The translations under genes and the position numbers were made by a program. The notes under the pieces are model-generated. The model did no database searches, was not told the DNA's origin, and saw only the letters and a list, made by a program, of their open reading frames with translations. Below, piece by piece: positions 50,586 to 63,593 of a DNA stretch of 64,000 nucleotides. Each line of letters starts with the position of its first letter. The stretch's first letter is position 1. The stretch lies in NCBI RefSeq assembly GCF_000281045.1, contig NW_008246088.1:371685-435684 (forward strand), read 5' to 3'. The DNA is from Saprolegnia diclina VS20. Its lineage: Eukaryota.

Positions 50586-51986
50586 ATGAAGATTGCGGTC
50601 ATTGGCAGTGGCATCTCGGGCCTCTCAGCCGCGTACCTCCTCGGCGCCGACCATGACGTGACCGTCTTCGAGTCGGAAGAGCGTCTTGGCATGTGCTCGC
50701 ACACGATGCACTTTGGCGACGTGCACCTCGACAGCCCGATCCGGTCCTACTCGACCGGCTTTTACGTCAACCTCGCCGCGCTCTACAAGGAAATCGACGT
50801 CGAGACGCGTGAATTGCCGTGCGATATGGTCTTTCTCGAGCTCGGTCAGCGCCCGTTCTACCGCAGCAGCTCGTACACGCTGCTCGGGTACCGCCTCCCA
50901 TCGCTGCGGCACATGGTGCACATTTACAAGCAGTACTCGCTGCGCGCGCTGCTCGATGCATTGCACTTTTTCCGCCAGTCACCCGAATCGACGCCACCCT
51001 CGATGAGCGTCGACGAGTACCTCAAGGCGCAGCACTACTCGACCGAATTCATCGACGGCATCCTCCTCCCGTTTCTCTCGATGATGCTCACGTGCTCGTA
51101 CGAGGCGTGCCTTGCCTACCCGATCACGATTGTCCACGATTACTTTAGCAAGTCGTCGTCGATGAACCAGCGCGTGACCGTCAACGGGTCGGTCAACGTC
51201 GCGCGTCTCCTCTCTAGCCGCGCATCGGCCGTGCACCTAAGCACCAAGATCACGGGCGTCTACAAGGCGACGGCGGACGGTCCCGCGACCGTGACGTACC
51301 AAGCGCACGGCAGCCATGTGGAGGAGACAGCGACCTTTGATCACGTCATCGTTGCGTCCCAGGCCAACACGGCGCTTTCGTTCCTCAAGGACATTGACAC
51401 CGATGTTCGCGAGACGCTCTCGGCCATTCCGCACGACTATACGACGACTGTGGTCCACAAGGACCCGGTGGTGATGCCGTCGACGCGCAGCGATTGGTCG
51501 TTCTTCAACTTTGTGCTCCCGCGGTCGTCTTCGACCGAGACGCGGACGGGCATGGACGCCATGATGACGCTCTGGCCGACGCGCTGGACGCCGGAAATCA
51601 AGGAGCTCGAAAACATCTTTCAGACGTGGAATGCCATTGTCGAGATCAACCCGGCGCTGGTGCTGCGTCAAATGGGTTTCATTCGCCCCGTCTTCACCAA
51701 GCAGTCGTTTGCGCTGTTGGAGACGCTCAAGACGCAGCAGGGCCGCGACGGCATTTGGTTTGTCGGGCCGTACGCCCACTTTCAAGTCCCTCTGCAAGAA
51801 AGCGCCGTGTGCTCGGCCCTCGACGTCGCTGCGCAGCTCGGGTCGCCGGCCCCGTGGACCAAAGTGAACAAGGCGGCGCCTTTGACCACCGCTTCGTGGC
51901 TCTCGACGCGGACGGCATCGGCGCTGCTTATTGGTGTGCCCGTTCTCACGGCGGCGACGCTGGCGTGGCGCAAGGTGACCTACTAA
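50586..51986 (+). CDS. FAD-dependent oxidoreductase, COG2907/amine-oxidase-like, C-terminal membrane anchor
   Basis: MKIAVIGSGISGLSAA, VTVFE..RLG, FDHVIVA, QG..GIWFVG, QESAVCSA, hydrophobic C-terminus. Confidence 0.85.
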   Translation: MKIAVIGSGISGLSAAYLLGADHDVTVFESEERLGMCSHTMHFGDVHLDSPIRSYSTGFYVNLAALYKEIDVETRELPCDMVFLELGQRPFYRSSSYTLLGYRLPSLRHMVHIYKQYSLRALLDALHFFRQSPESTPPSMSVDEYLKAQHYSTEFIDGILLPFLSMMLTCSYEACLAYPITIVHDYFSKSSSMNQRVTVNGSVNVARLLSSRASAVHLSTKITGVYKATADGPATVTYQAHGSHVEETATFDHVIVASQANTALSFLKDIDTDVRETLSAIPHDYTTTVVHKDPVVMPSTRSDWSFFNFVLPRSSSTETRTGMDAMMTLWPTRWTPEIKELENIFQTWNAIVEINPALVLRQMGFIRPVFTKQSFALLETLKTQQGRDGIWFVGPYAHFQVPLQESAVCSALDVAAQLGSPAPWTKVNKAAPLTTASWLSTRTASALLIGVPVLTAATLAWRKVTY

Positions 51987-52215
51987 TAGAAGACTGACGT
52001 GTGCATTGGTGCTCGCTCCTCGTGCGTTGTTGTCGATGTCGGTCATCACCGCTAAATTGCTTGCGACTCATGCGGGATATTGTATCACAATATGCGAGCG
52101 TTGAAACGTCGCTCCGCCGTTGCTGGTCATCGGACAATCTATTTCCAGCGAGGTTGCTCGGTTTCGCAGCCGCCTTTCCGTCCCCCAGTGCGGGCTCGTA
52201 GTGCCAAGCAGTAGC

Positions 52216-55200
52216 ATGTACATCGACCCGACAACGAATCAAACGGTGCCGTGGAACGCACTGTGCACGTCGGCGGTGGCCGCGACCGTCGACTGGCCGA
52301 CCGTGTGTGCGATGAACTACAGCGCCAACTGGCCGTGCTGCGGCTTTGATTTCTTCAACTACCTTCCGTGCCTTTCGCTCTGGCCACTCTATGGCTGTCT
52401 CACGGCCGTCTTTTGCTGGTACTCGGATATCTTTGTCGACTTCAAGTCGACAGTCGACGAACTCCATCACATCCAAACCCAAGGTACGTGGTTTTGACTG
52501 TAGAGTCGAGGGCGATGACTAGAGTAGCCTTGGGCGTCGTGATTGCGCGCCAAAAACAAATCGTCATGGGCAAGCAAGTGAGCGATCCGCGGCGGCTCCT
52601 CATGCTCCTTGCTATGTGGACCGAGCTGCCCGGCTTTAGCTTCATTCCGTACCAGCTGCTGTTCACGTTGTACAGCGGGGGCAACTACACCGCCCAGTTT
52701 CCAAGCTCGATACAGCTCGGCAAATTCGTGCTCTTGACCACGTTTTTGATCTTTTACATGGGCGCGCCAGTGCTCGGTCCCCGCGTCGAGACGATTCGCC
52801 ACCAAGTGCTCGCTCCATTCCTCTTCGATTCGTGCTTTATGACGTACCTATACTCGATCGTCGACGTCGGTGGCTGCGCCAATGGCATGGACCAAGCGAC
52901 GTGGCTCGGCGGCAGCTGCGGCCACCCGCAGCATTATTGGGTCTTCTTTCTCATGGCGCTGCTCGTCTTTGTCGTGTACTATTGGGGTACGGCATGTGAC
53001 ATCTTTTTGGATGACGGACAATAATGCATACATACCTAGGGACGCTGCAGTACAAGTTGAAACTCTCGGACCAAGTGTTTGCGGTCCGATTTCGCTTCCA
53101 GACGTCGTTCAATTCGCTCATGACGTTTACGCGCACTGGTATAGCAATGCGTTACATCATTTCTTATTCACATGATCACCTAGCATGCTGCCTCGGGTTT
53201 TACACGATGCAAAAACTTGTGCTCTACTCATCCCCGGCCCACGTCACAATCGCATTGAGCCTTCTCAACGGTGGTCTCTTTGCGATGCTCTTGCGCTACA
53301 ACTATCGCATGCAACCGGTACGTACATTACCCCAATGTTATAGAGCGACACTAGTATGCATGCTAGTGCCTCGGCGTCGGGCGCTTCCCCAACAACCTCC
53401 GGACACTTTCGTTTGCGACTTCGTGCTACACGTCCTTTGCCGCCTTTCTTTTCGGCGTCATTGTCAAGGCCCAAGGCAAAATGACAGCGTCGCCCTCGGA
53501 TTTGTATGTGATTTTGGCGCTCGCCGTCGTGTACCCGGTGTTTGCCCTCTACGTGTGGCGGTTCAACCACCGACGCGCCACGCTGTTTCAAGTGCCCAAC
53601 CTCAGCCTTCTCGAGTCGCTCGAGCACCCGACGCCCCGCGTCCGCGCGATTGCCGCCGTCTGCGTCACCCTCGAACCGTTCGCCAATATGCACGAAATCG
53701 AGCTGATTGTCGAGCAGCTCGAGGCCAACTTGCAGCGAGACTCGTCTGCAGAGCGCTTTATGGTTGGTGCATACACGTGCCAAGCGTTGTGGCACCTTTG
53801 GTTCAAGTACTTTCACATGCGCCAGTGCGTGTTTGAGCTCGACGAGCCCGAGTTTTGCCTTCCGTTTGGGAAGTGGAAAACGGTGGCCGCGCCTCGCATT
53901 CTGCCGCGGCTACACGGCGCACAAGTCTCGTCGCTCGCGTCACGTCTGTGGCAGTCGGAGCGGGGCTGGCTTCTCACGGGCACCGATCACCTTCGCGCGC
54001 GCCTCGAGTCGTTCAAGCCACAAACGCAAGGCCGCCGACTCGTCCAGCTCGTCCAGCGCGCGTCCGACATTGGCTGGACGACGCGCAACCAAAAGCTACT
54101 CGCATCGCCACTCATACAACGCTGTTTCGAGAAGACCGTGCACATGTGTGCCCATCTTTTGCGCTGCCACTCGCCGGTCGCGCGCCAGCTCTGCGCCAAG
54201 CTGCTGCATGAAATGTACACCTGCGAGTGCGTCCGACTGACGAAAAGCACCATGATTGCCATGATGTGCATTCTCTGCGGCAGCGAGCAAGAAACACTCG
54301 CCAAGTCGGCGGTGCTCACGATTCTAAGTTTGTTTCAAGACCAGCTGCACGCGATGCCATCCGACGTGGTGCGCCTCGCGACCACGTTGCATCTGATGCA
54401 CATGTCAGAGTTTGTGCGACGCCACCACGCGCGCAACGACAACCTTTCGGTGCGGCTACTGCATTTTTTGATCGAGCTCATTGACGCTATATCACCGCTC
54501 AAGATTGAGCCGCCCAACTACCTCTGCGCCGAGTACGTGGAAAATCTCATGGTTGCCCAGACCGAGTGCAACCTGTACTCGATGCACCTATTGATTGACA
54601 AGCACTGTGCCGGGCTACATGCAATCTACGCTGCTTACATGCGGCAGGTCGGCCGGCAGCAAGTTTCCCGTGTTGTGGTCAAACCAAAGCGGTCGTCGGT
54701 GGCGCTTACCCGCGGCGCGACGTCAGTCGTTCCCCTGACGTCGCTCGGCATCATGCATTCGGGCTGGCAACAGCGACGGCGTGGCAGCTCGCTCCTACGA
54801 CGCTTTGGGAGCAGCAGACAAGACTCGTTCGCACCCTTGGGTCGGTTCCGGGCGCCGGTCTCGGCCGAGCAGTATGAAGCGATTATTGAGCGCAAGCAGA
54901 TTGCTTCGACAATCTTGGCGGACATTCGCTATTTACTTGAAGCGGGCCGGATGGCGTCGACACCACTGAAGGTTATTTGTCGCCACCGGACCGCGCGCCG
55001 CGTCTTCTCGGTGCTGCAGCGGTACCCCGTGTACCTCGACTACCTCCGAGACCACATTACGTATCTCGACTACGACTACATTCGGAGGCTTTGCGGCGAG
55101 ATGGCACGGCGACAGCGGTGGCAGTTTTTCCAGCCAGAGCGCACGACCGACGTGAGCTCGCGCGTCGACCGCGCGACGCCAGGACAGTCACAGTGGACCG

Positions 55201-55274
55201 AGTTCTCCTTGCGGACGAAGCGGCCCGTGTCACAAGCGGTCACAACAGCCGTTGAACTTGCAGATATGGAGTAA
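52216..55274 (+). CDS. Unnamed multi-TM + helical-tail family, copy 5
   Basis: WPCC, DELHHIQTQ, SDPRRLLM, RFRFQTSF, YNYRMQP, PNNLRTLSF, RVRAIAAV. Confidence 0.85.
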
Positions 55275-55615
55275 GTGCCTCAAAGAGCATAGTATCGACG
55301 TTCTCGCTGTCTTGAGGTGACCTTCTCGCGAGAGGTAGTGTTAACTTGGAGACTGAGAGTAGCGTCCACCGAGCTTGCGTGCAACACTGCCTCGTAAGAT
55401 AGGGAGGGGGTTGCATGCACCAACACGAGATACTGACAGGAAGCTACATATAAAAAGTGTACAAGTCCGAGCCAGCGTCGAGCCAGATACACGACGGAAC
55501 AAATGACAATGACTGCCTCCGTCTAAAGCTCTCCACCTGCGCGACGACTAACAAGACATTGAACTCATAGTACGTTTGGCAAGTTCAAGCACCATACGGT
55601 AGCACGATTCTTGGG

Positions 55616-58497
55616 TTAGCGTGCAGCTTTGGAGGGCATGATTTTTCCCGCCGATAGCATGGCAGCGCGCAGTCCCGAGCTGTGCTTTGTCGATAGAAGC
55701 AGCTCGAGATGGCCAAAATAGTCGACTTCGGCGGGCTTGAGCCGGTGCTTGATGTGTGTCCGAAGCATGGGCTGGTCTTGCAAATGACGGACAACGGTTT
55801 TGAGGACGGCGAGGGTGTTTGGGCGCAGCTCTCGCACGCCCAAATGATCCTGGCAGCCTTCGTTCATGATCATGGTGACTTGCACTATCAGCATGGCTTC
55901 ATCTCGTTTTCGTTTCTTGATGGCGGCGACAACGTCGGGCTCGATCAAGTTGGCTTGTTTCGACTGGAGCAAGAACGACGTGACCTTTTGCACCGAGAGC
56001 TCGGCATGGCGCGGCGGTGCGAGCGTGGGCGCAATGGCCGTCATGGATCTCGCTTGGGAGAAGAGTCGCGCCCGGCTCAGCGTGCCTTGGCGCTTGCTCT
56101 TGCGCATCGTCATGTCTTGCGTCGCGCGATGCAGTTCGTCCAAGTAAACTTGGAACGCCCAGTGCGTCGAGAGACAAATGTCATCGAGCAGCGTTAACAG
56201 CTTGTACGACGTTGTGATCTGTGCTTGGGTGGCGAGGATGTTGGCGACAAACGCTTCCGAGAGCGCATTTGCTGGATTACAAGCGGCAGCATGGCTCTCG
56301 ACCATCTGGACGACGCTCAGAACGACACCGGCGACACCCTCGGCCCGGCCCACTTCGCTCGGGTCGCGACTCGCCCGCAAGAGGTACTGGGACAAGTGGA
56401 GGAGGTTCCAGTAGTCGGTGAAATGCACTGTCATCAACTCGGAGTCCTCAAAATGCGAGACAAAGAGTTGACGGAGTGTCGCAGCGGCAGCGCTCGACTG
56501 ACTCGGACTTGAGCTGGCGCAGATCGAGCAGCAGACATACAGCATCGTCGGCTGCGAGAGTCGAAGGATGCGCGCCACGTACATCTCTTGCAGCACTTTG
56601 GCAGCGATAAGGCGCGTGGGAGACGCCGACATACGGCTGAGAAGCACGAGTGCGTGAATGCAGTTGGGAAGAATCGATGCAATATGCGGTGACGACGAGA
56701 GGTCGTCCATGTGCTGTGTCATGGTGTGCGCACCAATGGCGACGTTGCGCTGAACGAGCGCGAGGAGTGCGGACCCGTGCGATCTAGTGCGGCTGTGAAA
56801 GTTGGTCGGCCCAAAATAATTGCTTGTGGAGAGGCGCTGGTTGGCCCAGAGACCAAGGGACAACGTTGGGTCCGTGCCTGGCTCTCGGAACGGTGTGTCG
56901 ATCGAGACGTACTTAAAGTACAGATTCCATAGCGCCTGGCACGTGTACGCGAGCACGAGTCCTTCTTCCAAGGCCGGCGATGCCTTCAAGTTTTCGTCGA
57001 GAAGCGTCAAGAGGTCGAGAATGTCGCTGGTGGACCAGCGAGACTGATCTTCGAGCGCGATGCTCACGGCCGCGATTGCGCGGACACGTGGTGTCGAGTG
57101 GACCAGTGACGCCTTCAAGCTTAGGTTGGGAACATGGTACAAACGGGCGCGGCGCGAGTTGAAGGCCCACGTAGCCGCTGCAAATGGAAGGTAGGCCACG
57201 GCGGCGGCCTGTAAAACGTATTGCTGCACAAGCGACATGCTCTCCGCGCCGCTCGCTTGAAGTGCACACGAAATTCCAAAGAGGATCGTCGACGTGTACA
57301 CGGAGGTCGCAAACGAAAGTGACCGCAAGTTGTTTGGGAAGAGCCCGACGCCGAGGCACTAGACGTAGTTTGCATGTCTGTTGCTACGAGGTGCACGTAC
57401 CGGCTGGTTGACGTAGTTGTAGCGCAAGAGAAGCGAGAAGAGCACCATATTGAAGATGCTGAACGCGAGGAAGACGTGGATCTTGTTGAAGTACAAGAGG
57501 AGGCGCTGGACCGTGAAAAAGCCGAGGCAGCACGCTAGTTGAAGTGGCACCATTTTATCAACGACAAAAGGTGGAGATGTATGGTTTTACCTGTCCGCGT
57601 GTACGCCATGAGGGACCCAAACGACGTCTGGTATCGAAATCGAACCGCGAACACTTGGTCGTTGAGGCGTAGCTTGTACTGCAGCGAGTCTACGCACACT
57701 CCATAGGATCCATATGCAGAGCTGGTATGCATCCATACGCCAGTAAAAGAGCACAAAAGAGGCGGTGCCAAGCGCGGCAAACACGCCATATCGACTTTCG
57801 CTGCCGCACGTTGTGCCGTCCGGTAGTACCCACGTGTCCATACCGTTGGAGCACGCTCCAATGTCGATGATGGTATACATGTAAAACAGGCTGCACGTAT
57901 CAAAAAGCAGCGGCGCGACCACTTTTGTCAAGAGACCGTCGATGCGCCTTGTGACGCGCCGCGGCAAGAGCAGTAACCACAACAGCAGTGTCAGGAGACA
58001 GAACTTTAGCCACTGAAAACCCGCCGACGACTGCGCCGTGAACGTACCATTGGTATACTCGTACAAGAGGAGCTGCACGGGAAGGTAGCTAAAACCGACA
58101 AGCTCTGTGCCCATCGCGAGCAGCATGAGCACCCGGCGCGGGTCGCCAATCTCGCGACCAAGGACGCTCTGTGTTTGACGCGCCACGACGACACCGAGTG
58201 CTAGGAACACATCGTAACCAATAAAAAACTCAGTGGTGTCGGCGTACCTTGAGTATTGATGTCGTGAAGGTCGTCGACGCTCGTTCTTAGCTCGCGTACG
58301 ATGCCCGTGAACCAGCCAAACCAGAGGCTAATCCCGAGAAAGATGGTCCAGAGGGTCGTGGGCAGCACCGCGTTCAGGATGTTGAGGTCGCAGCACGCCC
58401 AGTTGTTGCTAAAGCCGAGCGCGCAAATCGACGTCCAGTTGACGTGGGCGCACTTGCGGAGGCAGACGCCGGTCGGGTCGTCGCAAGACTCGGCCAT
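55616..58497 (-). CDS. Unnamed multi-TM + helical-tail family, copy 6
   Basis: WACC, DDLHDINTQ, GDPRRVLM, RFRYQTSF, YNYVNQP, LRSLSFATS, RVRAIAAVS. Confidence 0.85.
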
Positions 58498-58822
58498 GCG
58501 TCCTTTCCCGCGCTATTTACGTCGCTCACCAAAACGCTCGGCGGTTGAGCCTTCTTATACTACGAGTTTAGCGCAATGACTGCCCTCCGAATAAGACATC
58601 GCGCCTCGCACCGCGAGCACTTCGAGCTTCGTTCGCGTTAATGCTCTGTCAACGCCATAGTTGAATATCGCCCTGAGCTCGTCGGCTTGGCTTTAGTTTC
58701 CAAACACACGTGTGTGAAATGTGTAAAAGACTGTGTGAAACAAGGTGATTGGTGCAGGCCTTTCTGAGACACGTTGCCAATCCAGCGAAGCGAGCCATTT
58801 TTTCGAACGTCGACAGGCGAGC

Positions 58823-61800
58823 ATGCGAGCGCTCGGTATCGCGATAGTCGTTGGCACCGCCTACAGCCGCAGTACTGCGGTTGTGTCTCTGGTCGAGTGG
58901 AACATCTCAGCGCTCAACGGCCTCTGCGCCTACGATCGCCTTCAAGTCCAGGCGTCCTGGACAATTGAGGCTATGTACGAGCCCACCGAGACGGCCTTCA
59001 TAGGGCTTGTGCACGCGGCGACCGATGAACTCATTCGTGGCTCGGACGTCGAGCTGCATGCTGTGCGAACCAGCGATAATGACTTAAAGCGCAGTCCGCG
59101 AGGGCTTCGCTGCGAGGTCGACCCGGCCATGTGCCAACCCGACGTGACGACACTCGTTGTCCCCAACCGACCCGACGGAGCGCTACAAGTCGGCGACGAG
59201 CTCGAACTTGCGTTTTCCGACGACACGAACGAGCCGCCGGTGGCGACCAAGGCCGATCTCGAAGCGATCTTGGACTTCCCAAATGACTTTGGCTCCACCG
59301 TCGCGGGGACCTGGGTCACGCCGCGGCTGCTACGCATCGAGATTCTCGTCGCGCCAGTCGACGACGTCTATATCCGCGATATCCAGCGCTCTCCCAGCGT
59401 CAAAGCCTTTCCCACCGAGTACAACGCGCTGGAAGCGTGGACGTATAGCAGTGTGCCCGTGACCTTTCGTGTGGGCGTTTCCGGCGACTACCGCCTTGTA
59501 CTGCGGCTTGGCGACCACTCATTGCTCCCGCACGCGTCCTACGTCGTCTCAATTGATGACGACGCGCATTGTGCGACAGACAAAGTTCTGCACACTCTCG
59601 TCCTCGACGCGGCGGCGACAGTTCGCTCACCGTCGTATGTCATTCCCGGCATCCTCGCGCTCGACGGGGACCACTCGGCGACGATCCCGCACACGTCGAC
59701 TGTGACCTCTAGTACTGGCTCCTGGTCGATTCTGATGTGGGTGTACTTGACCAAAAGAGCCACTGAGGTGCACCAAACGCTGCTGTACAAGGGCTCGGGC
59801 AATGACGACCACCGGACGCCGTCCATGTGGCTCAATCCGCACGACCAGACGCTCATGCTCAGCGTGAGCTCGCGCGACGACATGTTTGCGTCCGTCTCGA
59901 GCGCATCGGCGCTGCCACTCAGCCGGTGGACGCTTCTTGGCGTCGCGTTGGCCAACCACAGCGCCGACAGCTTTGACGTGACCCTCACAATCAACGGCCG
60001 CGTCGACGCAAGCATACGCGGTAATAACGCGACACTGCTTCCGAATGCCGGCAACGTGTACGTCGGCGGATGCCCTTGGGTCCGCGGCATCCAAGGCTTT
60101 GTCAGTGACGTCCGCCTCTACGACGACGCCATGTCTGCGATGGACATCGGACGGCTCTTTTCGTCCGAGCAAGCGATGTACTTTGGGCGTGGCCGCCCGG
60201 CGCAGCTTGGGCAGCTGATCGCTGACTCTACGACCTCAGCGATGACGGGCACCGAGCTCGTGGGAGCCTCGATCGATGCGTCCGACATGAATGCCCTTCT
60301 CGAATCTGGCTCGTCGTACCTTTTCGGTCAACGCTACGATGGTGCAGAGTATGTCGCAGCTGCACAAGACAGGGAAACCGCCGTCGAGCTCTTCACGTCG
60401 GCCTTGCAGCGCGGCGACTGGCGGGCCGCGCGGTATTTGGGACTCGTTGCCTCGACGTCACACCCAGGTACTTCGTTTATCGTCCATTGTGCAATCGAAC
60501 ACCAATCGCTAGAGGATGCTCTCTTGCTGTATCATGTGGCTGCCATGGCGGGGGACTACACGGCCATGGCGATCTTGGCGCGCAAGTACCAACAAGCAAC
60601 GGATGCCGAGACGGCGGCACACTACTACAGCTGGGCGGGGGCCGAGGCGCATCGGCAATACCATCGTCGTGGCCACGAACCACTGTAGGTTTCGACGCTC
60701 TTTTGGATTCTGAGCTCAACCTGTGGGGTGTAGGCATGAAATGAACTCGCTCTTCCACGCCGACGACGTCGATGTGACGCTGGGCCAAGCAGGTGACGAC
60801 GACGCTTGGATCCAATATCAAAAAATGCGCGCCGACGTCGAAGGCGACCTGGAAGCAATGACGGCGATGGGCGATCTCTACTACTGGGGGGCCCGCGGCT
60901 GCGTCCGCGACCACGCCCGCGCATTTAGTTACTTTCGGCGCGCTGCCGACGCCGGTCATGTCGTCGCCATGGTAACCAGTGATCGAATCATGGAACCAAC
61001 GACCTGTGTCTGACGTGTATCTAGTCGGCGGCGGGCGGCATGCTCCTCAAGGGCGAAGGCGTCGACCAAAACAACGTCACAGCGATCGCGTACTATGAAA
61101 AAGCGGCGGTCGCCCACAACGTGCGGGCTCTCAACGGGCTTGGTTACATTCACTTTTACGGCTCGGCCAACGTCACCCAAAACCTGACGCAAGGGTTAGC
61201 GTACTTTGAAGCGGCGGCGCAGCTGCAGTCGGACGGCGACAGTCTCTTCAACACGGGGTATTGTTACCTGCAAGGCCTCGGCACCGATGTGAATACGACG
61301 CGCGCGCTCGAGTACCTCACGGTGGCCGCGCGGTCGTTTGGTCACTTTGACGCTGTGCACGAGCTTGGCACTGTTTACCTCGGTGTTCGACCGACGGGCA
61401 ACGACCACCGGCGTCTTGCAGCGGCGATGCCCTACCTCCAGGCAACGACCGACGCTGGGCCATGGGGAAAGAGTGCCCGCCTTGGCTTTGATCTCTACCG
61501 TCGGCGCGAGGTGCAAGGCGCCATCTGGCGCTACCACGAAGCGCATGAGCTCGGCTACCCGGTTGCAGCGGGGAACCTCGCCTACTTGTATGGTCTTGTT
61601 GGCGGCGACCACGCGCCGTATCTCCTCCAAGCCACCGAAGTCGAGGCGTCGCTCCGACTCGGCGATTGCTACTACTACGGCAAGGGCGGCGTGGCGAAAG
61701 ATGTCCGAAAAGCACTGGCCTACTACGTCCAAGCGAGCTCCGATGGACTTAGCATCGGGGCGTACAACGCTGGGTTTCTATACGAGCACGGCGACCAAGG

Positions 61801-62062
61801 CGTTGCTGCCGACACCAACCGCGCCGAACGCTACTACAAACGCGCTCTCGAACTCTCCCCGTCGCCCGAGACATACCTCGTCGTGTACTTGTCGCTGGCT
61901 CGCATGTCGCTCGGGCTCACTTCGTGGTCGACCTCCCGCCTCGTGCCAGTCATCGACAACGACGCGTCAACGATCGATACAGCGCCATTTTGCACCGTGG
62001 CAACGGCTCTCACGGCGGCAACGGTGGTCGGCTTGACCATGCATTATTGGCGTCGGTCATAA
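58823..62062 (+). CDS. SEL1L/Hrd3-like protein with LamG/ConA-like domain and Sel1 repeats (SEL1L3-like)
   Basis: Signal peptide, LamG-type WSILMWVY...WTLLGV...INGRVD...VSDVRLYD, Sel1 repeats (MGDLYYWGARG, ALNGLGYIHFYG, LGDCYYYGKGG), C-terminal TM. Confidence 0.82.
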
Positions 62063-62122
62063 GTTTGCAAAAAATGTGATGCTGATTGTGGGATTAACGT
62101 ACAGCAGGTTACAGCAGCGTGG

Positions 62123-63565
62123 TTAGAGCTTGAGCGTGACCATGCCGGCGTCAAGGGCTGGCTCGAGAGCGGCCGGCTTCAAGCTTGGTCGCACGTAGTC
62201 AAAGCCTGCAAAGTCTTTGTTTGCGTTGAAGAACGCGTCGTCCTTGGCGTTGGCCTCGTCGAGCGCGTGCGGCTGTTCGGTGAACTGCGGGTCAAAGTTG
62301 CCGACAAAGTCGTCGCCGGCGGGCTTGGGTACAATGGGCGGCGTCGTTTCCTTCTTCAAAACACGGTCCCAGTCGACTCCGTGGAACCATGGGTGCGCCT
62401 TGAGCTCGGCGATGCCGGCCATGTGTCCGAGGCGCTTGGTCGGGTCCTTCTCGAGGAGGCTTGTGAGCAAGTCCTGAAATTCCGTCGAGATGGCGGCAGT
62501 AAACTTGGGCGACTGGAATAAAATACGCTGATGCGTGTGTTTCTGCTTGGATTGTGGCAAGTAGAACGGCGGGTACCCCGACCGGAGCTCGTACAAGAGG
62601 CAACCGAGTTGCCACATGTCGACTTGAAGCCCATGGCCTTGCGGCGACCGGCTCACCATCTCAGGCGGGAGGTATGTGTCGGTGCCGCACATGGTCTTGG
62701 TGCGTGCGTGGTGGGTCTCGAGACGCTTGGAGAGGCCCATGTCGGCAAGCTTGATGTGCCCGTCCGTATCGAGAAGCACGTTCTCGGGTTTGATGTCGCG
62801 GTGCAGAATGTGCATCGTGTGCAAATGCTCCAGTGCAAGGACAAGCTCTGTGGCGTAGAAGCGCACGACCGACTCGGCAAAGGACCCGCCGTGGTTTTGC
62901 ATGTGAAGGAAGAGGTCGCCGCCCGGCATAAACTTTGAGACGAGGTATAGCGATCGACCGCTCGAGAAGGCGTAGTCGAGCCCAAGCACATACGGATGCT
63001 CAGCGACCCACTCCATGACCATGCGCTCGGTGTGAATGACTTTTGGCTTGACCTGCCCGGCCTTCATCTCCTTGATCGCATACAGCTGTGCGCTGGGGCC
63101 ACGTGCCAGGATCACGCGGCCGTAATGGCCTTTCCCAATGAGCTTGAGCGTCGCAAAATCGGTCGGCGACGGGACGAGACGCTGGACGCCGTGCGCGTGT
63201 GTGACAAACTTGGCGCGGTCCTTCTCGCTATCGGCAGCGAACGTGACGCTGCCACGGCCAGTCTCGGGCGTGATGATGAAGACGTTGCCGAGGTTGTCGT
63301 CGTCGACGAGCTTGATCTGGCAGGCCTTGAGGTTCAAAAACTTGTAGTGCCGGTCGTCGGTCGTCGTCGCCGCTGTCTTGGCTGCGCGGTAGTAGACGAG
63401 GAAGTTGGCCTTGATCATGACGCAGTACTTGTGCGAGCTCCAGACAGGGAAGAGGTTGCGCTTCTTACGGAAGAGGTTGATGAACGTCGATGGCAGCGAG
63501 TTGATAAAGGCCTTCGAGTCGTCCGACAGGTCGACCTCGGCCTTCCGGAAGACGTTGAGAACCAT
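62123..63565 (-). CDS. PH-domain AGC Ser/Thr kinase (Akt/PKB/S6K-like), intronless
   Basis: PH-like N-terminus, IGKGHYGRV, YAIK, HRDIKPEN, TMCGT, NFDPQFT, hydrophobic motif FAGFDY. Confidence 0.92.
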   Translation of the reverse strand: MVLNVFRKAEVDLSDDSKAFINSLPSTFINLFRKKRNLFPVWSSHKYCVMIKANFLVYYRAAKTAATTTDDRHYKFLNLKACQIKLVDDDNLGNVFIITPETGRGSVTFAADSEKDRAKFVTHAHGVQRLVPSPTDFATLKLIGKGHYGRVILARGPSAQLYAIKEMKAGQVKPKVIHTERMVMEWVAEHPYVLGLDYAFSSGRSLYLVSKFMPGGDLFLHMQNHGGSFAESVVRFYATELVLALEHLHTMHILHRDIKPENVLLDTDGHIKLADMGLSKRLETHHARTKTMCGTDTYLPPEMVSRSPQGHGLQVDMWQLGCLLYELRSGYPPFYLPQSKQKHTHQRILFQSPKFTAAISTEFQDLLTSLLEKDPTKRLGHMAGIAELKAHPWFHGVDWDRVLKKETTPPIVPKPAGDDFVGNFDPQFTEQPHALDEANAKDDAFFNANKDFAGFDYVRPSLKPAALEPALDAGMVTLKL

Positions 63566-63593
63566 GGCGCCGACAGCGAGCGATGGGCGAGGT

